A DNA stretch of 64,000 nucleotides from Candidatus Saccharimonadota bacterium (lineage in GTDB: Bacteria; Patescibacteriota; Saccharimonadia; Saccharimonadales; CAIOMD01): positions 27,576-91,575 of the forward strand of contig DALYDK010000003.1 in NCBI GenBank assembly GCA_031973215.1. Direction: 5' to 3'. A program made the position numbers and the translations under genes. How positions within the stretch are numbered: the stretch's first letter is position 1; each line of letters opens with the position of its first letter. Below the pieces are notes generated by a model. The model was not told the DNA's origin. It did no database searches and was given only the letters and a program-made list of their open reading frames with translations. Below, piece after piece: positions 49,437 to 57,515 of this stretch.

Positions 49437-50606
49437 ATGGTTAATGCCAAATCTTTTGCCACTAAGTCAATTGCAGTAGTTTCTGCTGTAGCATTGACGG
49501 TGGCTGCAGTGGTTCCGCTGTTAACTAGTTCTGCAGGTGCGGCTCAGGTGACCTCTAGGTCAATACAAATGGGTAAATCGCAGGCTAGTGCTACGGACAC
49601 ACAATATGTAGTAAAATTTACTACTCCATCTGGTAGTTCTTCGAACATTGGTGGTGTGGTGGTACAGTTCTGTGCTAACAGTCCTATTGTCGGTATCGAC
49701 TGTAGTTCTAATGCACCAGCTGGTTTCGATTTGAACGAAACAAACTTAAATGTAAATGGTGTAGTAGGGCTTTCGGGCTTTACAATGAATGCCGCAACAG
49801 ACGCCAACACATTTATTTTTACTAATGCTACTCCACAATCTGTGGGTGCAAGTACAGCCATAACAATTAACTTAGGTGATGCTGATCAAACAGAAACTTC
49901 ACCAGCCGACGGTGTTACAAACCCAAGTGGTGCTGGAACTTTCTATGCTCGTATCATTACTTTTGACACAGAAGCAAATGCAACCAACGCAGCTGTTTCA
50001 GGTGATCAATCTGGTGTATACACAGGCGCTCAAGATTATGCTGGTGTTGCCCTAAGTGTTAACCCAGATATTAATGTAACGGCTCTAGTTCAAGAAACAT
50101 TGAACTTTGCAGTAACAGGTACTTCTGTAACTATGGGTACTGGTACTCCTCAGATCATAGATGATACCCAGCAGTGGATTTCTAATGCAGTAGGAGTAGA
50201 CCTTGACACTAACGCAACTAGCGGTCTTAACATAAGACTATTTGGAACTCACTTAACATCAGGTAGCAATACCTTGTCTGGTAGCGCAACCCTAGGTGTA
50301 CTTAGCGGTTCAGCAGGTAGCCAATTCGGTATCTGTGTTAAGGACTCTACTAATGGTCAGGTTGTTGGTGACGCAGTTTATGAAACACTTGCTGCTAACT
50401 GTACAACTCCCGGAACCTCTACTTTTGCTTGGGATAATACAGCTACTTCAGCTGTAGGTGGTGACACCGTATTTACCTCAGCAGGACCAGTAGATGATGC
50501 TGTTAACTCAAATGTTAACATTTACTACGCTGCACGAGCAGACAACAATGTGCCAGCTGGTCAATACCAAGCTACACATCAACTAATTGCAACAGGTACT
50601 TACTAA
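49437..50606 (+). CDS. secreted surface-locus paralogue P2
   Basis: The track ORF starts at 49347. I prefer the ATG at 49437, preceded by AAGGAGAAAGAA, the same RBS context as P3. Signal peptide ends ...SSAGAAQ. Motifs RSIQMGKS, FCANSPIVGIDC, GTFYARIITF, GVALSV and QFGICVKD. C-terminus PAGQYQATHQLIATGTY-stop. Confidence 0.85.
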   Translation: MVNAKSFATKSIAVVSAVALTVAAVVPLLTSSAGAAQVTSRSIQMGKSQASATDTQYVVKFTTPSGSSSNIGGVVVQFCANSPIVGIDCSSNAPAGFDLNETNLNVNGVVGLSGFTMNAATDANTFIFTNATPQSVGASTAITINLGDADQTETSPADGVTNPSGAGTFYARIITFDTEANATNAAVSGDQSGVYTGAQDYAGVALSVNPDINVTALVQETLNFAVTGTSVTMGTGTPQIIDDTQQWISNAVGVDLDTNATSGLNIRLFGTHLTSGSNTLSGSATLGVLSGSAGSQFGICVKDSTNGQVVGDAVYETLAANCTTPGTSTFAWDNTATSAVGGDTVFTSAGPVDDAVNSNVNIYYAARADNNVPAGQYQATHQLIATGTY

Positions 50607-50634
50607 AGTTTTTACCAAAATAAGTAATTAGCAA

Positions 50635-50667
50635 ATATACCCTCTGTCATAGGAGGGTATATTTTTA
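50635..50667 (+). terminator. rho-independent terminator after P2
   Basis: atataccctc-tgtcatag-gagggtatat (10 bp perfect) followed by TTTTT. Confidence 0.8.
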
Positions 50668-50670
50668 TTA

Positions 50671-50687
50671 AAAAACTGTGGATAACT
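50671..50687. repeat. 17-bp inverted repeat (right copy)
   Basis: AAAAACTGTGGATAACT is the exact reverse complement of 49306-49322. It contains TGTGGATAA (the DnaA-box complement). Confidence 0.7.
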
Positions 50688-50794
50688 TATATAAAATATT
50701 GTTGCTAAAGCTTATTTGGGCAATGTACACTAAGAAGTGCATAAGGTATAAACAAAAATATCAAAGCAAAAACAAATAAAAAAAGGAGAAAGAA

Positions 50795-51985
50795 ATGGTT
50801 AATACCAAATCTTTTACTACTAAAGCATTTACGCTAGTTGCGGCGATTGGTTTAGTAGTAGCTACGGTTGTACCATTGTTGACAAAGTCAGCGGATGCGG
50901 CGCAGGTTACTGCCCGGTCAATTCAAATGTCAAAGTCAACAACTAGTGCAACGGGCACAACATATCAAGTGAAATTTACCGCTAATACGGGTGGTACAGT
51001 GAGAAGTATAGTAGTTGACTTTTGTAAAAACAGTCCAATTATTGGAGTCTCTTGTACTGCACCAGATTCACCATTTACAGTGGGTGGTTCGCCTTCTATA
51101 ACTGTTAATGGTGGTATTACAGGTTCTTGGACGGCCGCTTCATTGAACAGTGGTAGAACTCTATACCTGTACAAGGCTGCTGGTGATACACTAACGGCTG
51201 GAACTACAGTTGTAGACTTTACTATTAACAACGTTACAAACCCAGGCGGAACAGCTGGATCTTTCTATGGAAGAATTCTAACCTATGCCGATAGTGACGA
51301 CGATGGAAACGGTTGTACAAGCTCTGACGACTACGCTGGTTGTTATGTAGCCGGTACTGAAGGTACAGAATCAAATACCTATACGTTAGATAATTCTGGT
51401 ACTTCATATACTGACAAAGGTGGTGTAGCGCTTTCAACTGCTGCTGCCATTACTGTCACAGCTCTAGTTCAGGAAACATTGAACTTTGCAGTTACAGGCA
51501 CTTCTGTAACTATGGGTACGGGAACGCCACAAATTATTAACGATACTCAAACATGGATATCTAGTGCAGTAAATATTGACCTAGATACCAACGCAACAAC
51601 AGGTTTAAACATTAGATTATTTGGTACCCACCTTGTTTCTGGGTCAAATAGCTTGACAGGTAGTTCTACTTTAGGCGTATTAACAGGCTCAACAAACAGT
51701 CAGTTCGGAATCTGTGCAAAAGATTCTACTAATGGTCAGGTAGTTGCAGACGCAGTTTATGAAACACTTGCTGCTAACTGTACAACTCCAGGCACATCTA
51801 CATTTGCATGGGATAACACAGCTACTTCTGCGACAGGTGGTGACACTGTATTTACCTCAGCAGGCCCAGTAGATGATGATATAAACTCTAATGTTGATAT
51901 CTACTACGCTGCACGAGCAGATAACAACGTTCCTGCCGGTCAATACCAGGCAACACATCAACTGATCGCAACAGGTACATTCTAA
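50795..51985 (+). CDS. secreted surface-locus paralogue P3
   Basis: 396 aa. The signal peptide and RBS are near-identical to those of P2. RSIQMSKS, FCKNSPIIGVSC, GSFYGRILTY, GVALST. The C-terminal ~176 aa differ from P2 at only about 20 positions and end PAGQYQATHQLIATGTF-stop. Confidence 0.88.
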   Translation: MVNTKSFTTKAFTLVAAIGLVVATVVPLLTKSADAAQVTARSIQMSKSTTSATGTTYQVKFTANTGGTVRSIVVDFCKNSPIIGVSCTAPDSPFTVGGSPSITVNGGITGSWTAASLNSGRTLYLYKAAGDTLTAGTTVVDFTINNVTNPGGTAGSFYGRILTYADSDDDGNGCTSSDDYAGCYVAGTEGTESNTYTLDNSGTSYTDKGGVALSTAAAITVTALVQETLNFAVTGTSVTMGTGTPQIINDTQTWISSAVNIDLDTNATTGLNIRLFGTHLVSGSNSLTGSSTLGVLTGSTNSQFGICAKDSTNGQVVADAVYETLAANCTTPGTSTFAWDNTATSATGGDTVFTSAGPVDDDINSNVDIYYAARADNNVPAGQYQATHQLIATGTF

Positions 51986-52036
51986 GCTTTAGACTAAAAA
52001 CTTTTATAAGCAGAAAGAAAATATTAGAATTGAAAC

Positions 52037-53116
52037 ATGAACCACATACAATATAAAAGCCAACAGTTTTATAAAGTATGTGAGAAAATTGGCAAAGCAC
52101 TCCTAGCTTTAGGAGTGCTTTTTGCTATGGTAATGAGCTCCTATAATGTTCAGGCCCTAAATGTTTACGATAGGTACATACAAATATCAAATAGTATCCC
52201 TCAGGCAAATGGCGTGGTTTATTCTGTGGGCTTTACAATGCCTTCTGCACAGACTTTAGGGAGTGTTGTTATAGAAATTTGCGACAATTCACCTCTTTAT
52301 TCAGTTGCCTGTGTTCAACCAAATGGCTTTAGCTGGTTAAGTGCAACTCTTAACTCTGAATCTGGTGCAACCGGATTTTCTATTGACCCCAGCACAACCG
52401 CTAACAGAATGGTTCTAACAAGAGCTCCCGGGCCAGTTGCCGCCGGAACCGTTCAAAGATTCTCGTTCAATAATGTTACTAACCCTTATGATAGTGGCAC
52501 CTTTTATGGCAAAATATTTACTTATGCTACAAACGACGCCACCGGTCCTGATACTGACTTTGGTGGAGTGGCAATGAGTTTAAATGATTCTATGTCCGTA
52601 CAGACAGAAGTCCCGCCATATTTGTATTTTTGCAGCGGAATAACTATAGATGGTTTCGATTGCCTGACTGCAACGGGAAGTTATATTAACTTAGGTGAAT
52701 TAAGTAAAACAGGCACCATAGGCGCTACATCTCAAATGGTAGCGGCTACAAACGCCGATTTTGGCTATAATATTACTGTTAGTGGAACAACCTTAACATC
52801 TGGTATAAATGTTATTCCTAATTTAACTACTCCGTCGAGTCCTGCGCCTGGTTCTTCTCGTTTTGGAATTAACCTTAGGGCTAATTCAAATCCTGGTGCT
52901 GGGCAGGATGTTAGTGGAGGTGGGGTAGCTACTCCAACTGCCGATTACAACACTCCAAACCAGTATAAATTTAAAAATGAAGACACTATTGCCCAAACAC
53001 CCGATGTAAGTTTAGAAAACAAGTTTACTGTTACTTATATGGTAAACGTTAGCCCAAATCAGGCCCCCGGCATCTACAACTCGACATTAATATATAATAT
53101 TCTTGCAACGTTTTAA
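52037..53116 (+). CDS. secreted surface-locus paralogue P4
   Basis: 359 aa. Signal peptide ...VMSSYNVQA. RYIQISNS, ICDNSPLYSVAC, GTFYGKIFTY, GVAMSL, RFGINLRAN, NQYKFKNEDTIA. C-terminus APGIYNSTLIYNILATF-stop. Confidence 0.85.
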   Translation: MNHIQYKSQQFYKVCEKIGKALLALGVLFAMVMSSYNVQALNVYDRYIQISNSIPQANGVVYSVGFTMPSAQTLGSVVIEICDNSPLYSVACVQPNGFSWLSATLNSESGATGFSIDPSTTANRMVLTRAPGPVAAGTVQRFSFNNVTNPYDSGTFYGKIFTYATNDATGPDTDFGGVAMSLNDSMSVQTEVPPYLYFCSGITIDGFDCLTATGSYINLGELSKTGTIGATSQMVAATNADFGYNITVSGTTLTSGINVIPNLTTPSSPAPGSSRFGINLRANSNPGAGQDVSGGGVATPTADYNTPNQYKFKNEDTIAQTPDVSLENKFTVTYMVNVSPNQAPGIYNSTLIYNILATF

Positions 53117-53176
53117 CATAAGCTTGTATAATGTATATTAACAATTAACAAAATAAATATTATATAAGGAGACTTT

Positions 53177-54142
53177 GTGAGAAAACTTTCTTTTGGCGCC
53201 ATAGTATTATCGGCGTTTGCTGTATTTGCAGTTGGGGCTGTAGCTATTGCTCAAGATAATAACGGATCAGGATATAGGGTATCGCCCGTAAGAGAAGAAA
53301 AAACTATAGAAAAGGGCAAATCTGCCGTAACTAAAGTTTATGTTGAAAACACTACTAATGGGACGGTTGAAACTAAAGCAGTTGTCAATAATTTTGTTGC
53401 CGACGGTGAATCTGGTCAACCGAAAGTAGATCTAGAAAACAAACTTGAAATTTCTAACGATTTTAGAAAAATAGTTAGCCCAATACCAAACTTTACTCTT
53501 GCGCCTAAAGAGAAAAAAGAAATTCCTGTAACAATTTCTATACCTGCAGACGGAAGCTCGGGTGGATATTACGGAGCAATTAGGTTCTTGCCGGCAAGTG
53601 CAAGTGACGAAGATGCAAGGGTTAGCCTTTCTGCCAGTGTAGGAACAATCTTCTTAATTAACGTTCCTGGCAACTTAACTGAAAAACTTTCACTTGAAGA
53701 ATTTGCTATAACCAACAATGGTAAAAAAGGTTTTATGTTTGTTAACGCAAGCGACGGAATGGCAACATTAATTAAGCTTAAAAACACAGGTAACATTCAT
53801 ACTAAACCTTTTGGCAAAGTAACAATTACTCAAGGCTCTAAAACTGTAGAGGAATTTGAATTTAACGATAAAGACAGTGGATCTGGCAATATCTTGCCTA
53901 ATCAAACAAGAGCCTTTGAAAACAAGCTTAAAAATAACAAATGGTTTGGAAAATATACCGTTACAGCTAACTTAAGTTATGGTGGAGGCGGTGATGTTAT
54001 TACTGCGTCTAAGACCTTTTGGGTTATTCCTACCTGGTTAGCCGTGCTATTTGTAGTAGTTCTACTTGGACTTGTTTTCGGAGCAGTTTACTTCTTGGCT
54101 AGAAAATCAAATAAGACAAAGTCAGCCCATAAAAGGCGATAA
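53177..54142 (+). CDS. membrane-anchored two-domain surface protein with DUF916/DUF3324-like (CscA / WxL-locus accessory) architecture
   Basis: 321 aa, GTG start. Signal peptide, then two beta-rich domains (…YRVSPVREEKTIEKGKSAVTKVYVENTTNGTVE…GGYYGAIRF…IFLINVPG… and …IKLKNTGNIHTKPFGKVTI…ILPNQTRAFE…GKYTVTANL…). C-terminal TM WLAVLFVVVLLGLVFGAVYFL plus the basic tail ARKSNKTKSAHKRR. The family assignment is by eye only. Confidence 0.7.
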   Translation: MRKLSFGAIVLSAFAVFAVGAVAIAQDNNGSGYRVSPVREEKTIEKGKSAVTKVYVENTTNGTVETKAVVNNFVADGESGQPKVDLENKLEISNDFRKIVSPIPNFTLAPKEKKEIPVTISIPADGSSGGYYGAIRFLPASASDEDARVSLSASVGTIFLINVPGNLTEKLSLEEFAITNNGKKGFMFVNASDGMATLIKLKNTGNIHTKPFGKVTITQGSKTVEEFEFNDKDSGSGNILPNQTRAFENKLKNNKWFGKYTVTANLSYGGGGDVITASKTFWVIPTWLAVLFVVVLLGLVFGAVYFLARKSNKTKSAHKRR

Positions 54143-54169
54143 CACCTAACTCCAATATAAGGAGGCAAA

Positions 54170-55066
54170 ATGACCAACCACAAAAATAAATTACTAAGCA
54201 AAACTTTTTGGGTAATTTTAGTGGTTGGTTTTTTGATGGCAGCATTTAGTGCAGTAGCCGGTGCTGTTGTTAACCCACAGTCTGATGGTGTTGGTGTTGA
54301 AGGCAAAATAAGCGCACCACCACCAACTAGCGCACCAACAATATCAAACCCTACTAATGGAAGAAACATAACAGAGCTACCAATAACGGTGACTGGAGTA
54401 TGTCAGACAAATCTACTTGTAAAGCTTTTTAAGAACAACGTTTTTGCAGGTTCGGCCTTGTGTCAAAACAATACATACAGCATAATTACAGACCTATTTA
54501 GTGGAAGTAATGAACTTGTTGTTCGTGCCTATGATGACTTAGATCAAGCTAGTCCGGACTCTAATTTGGTTACTGTTAATTTTCAAGATGCCGCAAGGCC
54601 CCAGACAGTTAGTAGAATAACTATGATAACCAATTTTGCCAGAAGAGGTGCAAACCCTGGTTACGAATTACCATGGCCAATTTCAATTTCTGGTGGTGTT
54701 GCCCCTTACGCTGTTAGCGTAGACTGGGGTGATGGCAGTCAACCTGATATATATGCCGTCGCTGTACCCGGCGAATTCACGGTAAAACATAAATTTGAAC
54801 AATCAGGAATATACAGGGTACTTGTTAAGGCAACAGACAAAGAGGGTAATACAGGGTATCTTCAGCTAACAGCAATTTCTAACGGTAGTCCTGGACAAAG
54901 CGACGTAGAGGGTGCCGAGAATACAAATGTGAAAAGTAAAACAAGAGTATTATGGCAGCCCATGCTTATATTCATACCTTTACTTATTTCTACATTTTGG
55001 CTAGGCAAACGGTATGAACTACTTCGTATTAAGAACAAATTTATGCAGGGCGAAGATCCATTCTAG
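54170..55066 (+). CDS. bitopic surface protein with Ig-like and PKD-like domains
   Basis: 298 aa. N-terminal signal/anchor FWVILVVGFLMAAFSAVAGAVV. An Ig-like segment with a Cys pair. PKD-like motif VSVDWGDGSQPDIYAV...GEFTVKHKFEQSGIYRVLVKATDKEGNTG. C-terminal TM LWQPMLIFIPLLISTFWLG plus a basic tail. Confidence 0.75.
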   Translation: MTNHKNKLLSKTFWVILVVGFLMAAFSAVAGAVVNPQSDGVGVEGKISAPPPTSAPTISNPTNGRNITELPITVTGVCQTNLLVKLFKNNVFAGSALCQNNTYSIITDLFSGSNELVVRAYDDLDQASPDSNLVTVNFQDAARPQTVSRITMITNFARRGANPGYELPWPISISGGVAPYAVSVDWGDGSQPDIYAVAVPGEFTVKHKFEQSGIYRVLVKATDKEGNTGYLQLTAISNGSPGQSDVEGAENTNVKSKTRVLWQPMLIFIPLLISTFWLGKRYELLRIKNKFMQGEDPF

Positions 55067-55101
55067 GATTAGTCTGGCAAATGTTTGCTAAAATATCCTA
55101 G

Positions 55102-56130
55102 GTGAAAACAATTTTCGTTGGACTTTCGGGTGGTGTAGATAGCTCTGTAGCAGCTCTGTTACTTAAAAAACAGGGTTACAGAGTCGTCGGTGTTTACATG
55201 AAAAACTGGAGCAAAAGCTTGCCCGGCTTTAATTGTCCCTGGAAAGAAGACTATCAAGATGCCAAAAGAATAGCTGTCCAGCTTAAAATTGATTTTTTAT
55301 TATTTGATTTTGAGCAAGAATACCAAGAAAAAGTTGTTGATTATATGATAGAAGAATACAAGCTTGGTAGAACCCCAAACCCAGATATTGCTTGTAACCA
55401 AGAAATAAAATTTAAGCTTTTTGCTGAAACCGCCTTTAAGGAAGGTGCAGAATATATCGCTACCGGACACTATGCCAAAACAGAATCAGGGAAGCTCTTA
55501 AGGCCGGTCGATTCCGAAAAAGACCAAACATATTTTTTGTATAGAGTAACGTCTGCAGCTCTGAAAAAGACATTATTCCCACTATCTGAATATAAAAAAG
55601 GGGAAGTTCGCAAAATTGCTTCGGAAAATAAGCTTGTAACTAGCTCAAAAAAAGAAAGTATGGGCATATGTTTTGTCGGAAAGGTTGGCATTAAAGAATT
55701 TTTGTCTAGTTTTGTTGAAACAAGTCCTGGTCCTATAGTTGATCAAAATGGAATGATTATTGGAGAACACGATGGAGCAATTTTCTACACCATAGGTCAA
55801 AGACATGGATTAGATGTAGGCGGTGGTTTGCCCTACTATGTTATTGGTAAAAACATGCAAACTAATGAAGTTTTTGTAACAAGTAAAATTAACGATAACA
55901 AACTATGGACCGATAAGCTTTCGGTTGATTCTTGGCATTGGATAAACAGTGCACCGGCAAAAAACATTGAGTACTCCGTGAGATATAGGCATTTGGGTCC
56001 ACTCGAGCCAGCTACCATTGACGAATCAAACATTATGCTAAAGAATGAGATTAAAACGGTTAACCCCGGTCAATCTGTGGTAGTTTATGATGGCAATCAA
56101 GTTTTGGGCGGTGGAATAGTAGCATTTTAG
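55102..56130 (+). CDS. mnmA: tRNA-specific 2-thiouridylase
   Basis: 342 aa, GTG start. PP-loop GLSGGVDSSVAA, TPNPDIACN, KDQTYFL and MGICFVG motifs. Confidence 0.93.
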   Translation: MKTIFVGLSGGVDSSVAALLLKKQGYRVVGVYMKNWSKSLPGFNCPWKEDYQDAKRIAVQLKIDFLLFDFEQEYQEKVVDYMIEEYKLGRTPNPDIACNQEIKFKLFAETAFKEGAEYIATGHYAKTESGKLLRPVDSEKDQTYFLYRVTSAALKKTLFPLSEYKKGEVRKIASENKLVTSSKKESMGICFVGKVGIKEFLSSFVETSPGPIVDQNGMIIGEHDGAIFYTIGQRHGLDVGGGLPYYVIGKNMQTNEVFVTSKINDNKLWTDKLSVDSWHWINSAPAKNIEYSVRYRHLGPLEPATIDESNIMLKNEIKTVNPGQSVVVYDGNQVLGGGIVAF

Positions 56131-56221
56131 AAGCTATTTTAACTGTAAAGTAGGCACATATTTTTATTTATGAACCACGAAAGTTATTAATACTTCTTGT
56201 GCTAAAATATAATACGAAACT

Positions 56222-57508
56222 ATGCTTAAAAAATTTAAAAAAGTTAAGGATAAAGTTACTAATTCTGGCGATGGTCCAGAAGAAAAATTAATGATAGGTC
56301 TTGATATTGGCACCGAATATGTAAAGGCAGTAATTGCCAAGGTAGAACCTGGGAATGATCTTAAAATTATTGGAGTAGGGCGACAAAAACAATCATTAAG
56401 TGACATGAACGCAGGTGCAATTTCTGATATTACCGCTGTTGTGGCCAACTGTGATTCTGCGCTTAGTGAGGCCGAGCAAATGGCTGGAGCTAGTGGCAGG
56501 AGCGCTGTTATTGGCATTGCGGGTGAATTGGTAAAAGGTAACACAACAATAGTTAGATTTGCCCGTAAAGATCCTAATAAAGAAATTACCGTAGAAGAGG
56601 TAGACCGAATTTTTACTTTGGTTCAAGAAAGAGCTGAAACGGTAGCAAAAAAACAGCTCGAAATGGAAACTGGTGGCAAAGATATTGGCCTGAAACTAGT
56701 TAATAGCGCATTGATATCCATAGAAATAGATGGATACCAAGTCACTAACCCGATAGGTTTTCAAGGTAAAAACGTATTAATTAGTCTTTATACAGCTTTT
56801 GCACCACTGGTACACATAGGTGCAATAGAAAAGGTTGCCGAACAGTTGGACTTAGACCTACTAACTGTTGCCGCCGAACCATTTGCCGTGGCAAGGTCGG
56901 TTATTGGAGATGACCCAAATGCAAGTATTACCGCAATTTTAGTAGATGTTGGCGGAGGAACTACCGATATCGCAGTGGTTAACGAAGGTGGCGTTGAGGG
57001 CACTATAATGTTCGGTATTGGCGGTCGAGCTTATACTAAATCTATATCTTTGGATCTTGGAGTTGAATTTGACAGAGCAGAAGAACTAAAGCTTGGCCTT
57101 GAAGAAGGTAAAATCCCATCCTCTAGAAAAGAAAGTGTAGAAGATGCTTTAAATAAAACGTTAGAGGTATGGACCAGTGGCTTAGAGTTAGCTTTAGAGG
57201 AATTCGACAGACTAGATCACCTACCTAATCGTATTTTGCTTTGCGGAGGCGGCTCAAGTCTAAAAATCCTAACCGATAAACTAGCCCAAACCGATTGGTA
57301 CAAACAGCTCCCATTCACAAAAAAGCCAATAATTCAGCTTATTAAGCCTTCTCAGGTTAAGGGAATAGTTGATGAAACAGGAAAAATTAATGATCATACT
57401 TTTATTACCGCAATGGGGCTTTTAAGGGTAGGAATGGATACTGTTTTACAATATGACGATGAGACAGCTACAATTAAAGACAAGATCAATAGAATGTTAA
57501 GGATATAA
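56222..57508 (+). CDS. ftsA: FtsA-like actin-family cell division protein
   Basis: 428 aa. IGLDIGTEYVKAVI (phosphate 1), VDVGGGTTDIAV (phosphate 2), LCGGGSSL (adenosine). C-terminal amphipathic tail IKDKINRMLRI. Confidence 0.8.
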   Translation: MLKKFKKVKDKVTNSGDGPEEKLMIGLDIGTEYVKAVIAKVEPGNDLKIIGVGRQKQSLSDMNAGAISDITAVVANCDSALSEAEQMAGASGRSAVIGIAGELVKGNTTIVRFARKDPNKEITVEEVDRIFTLVQERAETVAKKQLEMETGGKDIGLKLVNSALISIEIDGYQVTNPIGFQGKNVLISLYTAFAPLVHIGAIEKVAEQLDLDLLTVAAEPFAVARSVIGDDPNASITAILVDVGGGTTDIAVVNEGGVEGTIMFGIGGRAYTKSISLDLGVEFDRAEELKLGLEEGKIPSSRKESVEDALNKTLEVWTSGLELALEEFDRLDHLPNRILLCGGGSSLKILTDKLAQTDWYKQLPFTKKPIIQLIKPSQVKGIVDETGKINDHTFITAMGLLRVGMDTVLQYDDETATIKDKINRMLRI

Positions 57509-57515
57509 CAAATAT

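Noticed and set aside
49308-50685. Chromosomal replication origin (oriC), suggested by the perfect DnaA boxes TTATCCACA
   Set aside because: There are only two perfect boxes and one 8/9 box. There is no dnaA or dnaN nearby and no AT-rich DUE repeats. The boxes are embedded in a longer 17-bp inverted repeat that flanks a surface gene, which makes a local regulatory or recombination role more plausible.
56164-56544. 126-aa antisense ORF overlapping the ftsA 5' end, and similar antisense or alternative-frame ORFs throughout the track (for example 385-594, 5050-5244, 5519-5809, 6314-6625, 11857-12690, 61603-61940)
   Set aside because: They lie entirely inside well-supported genes and have low-complexity or hydrophobic nonsense composition, with no RBS or homology. 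They are typical shadow ORFs.
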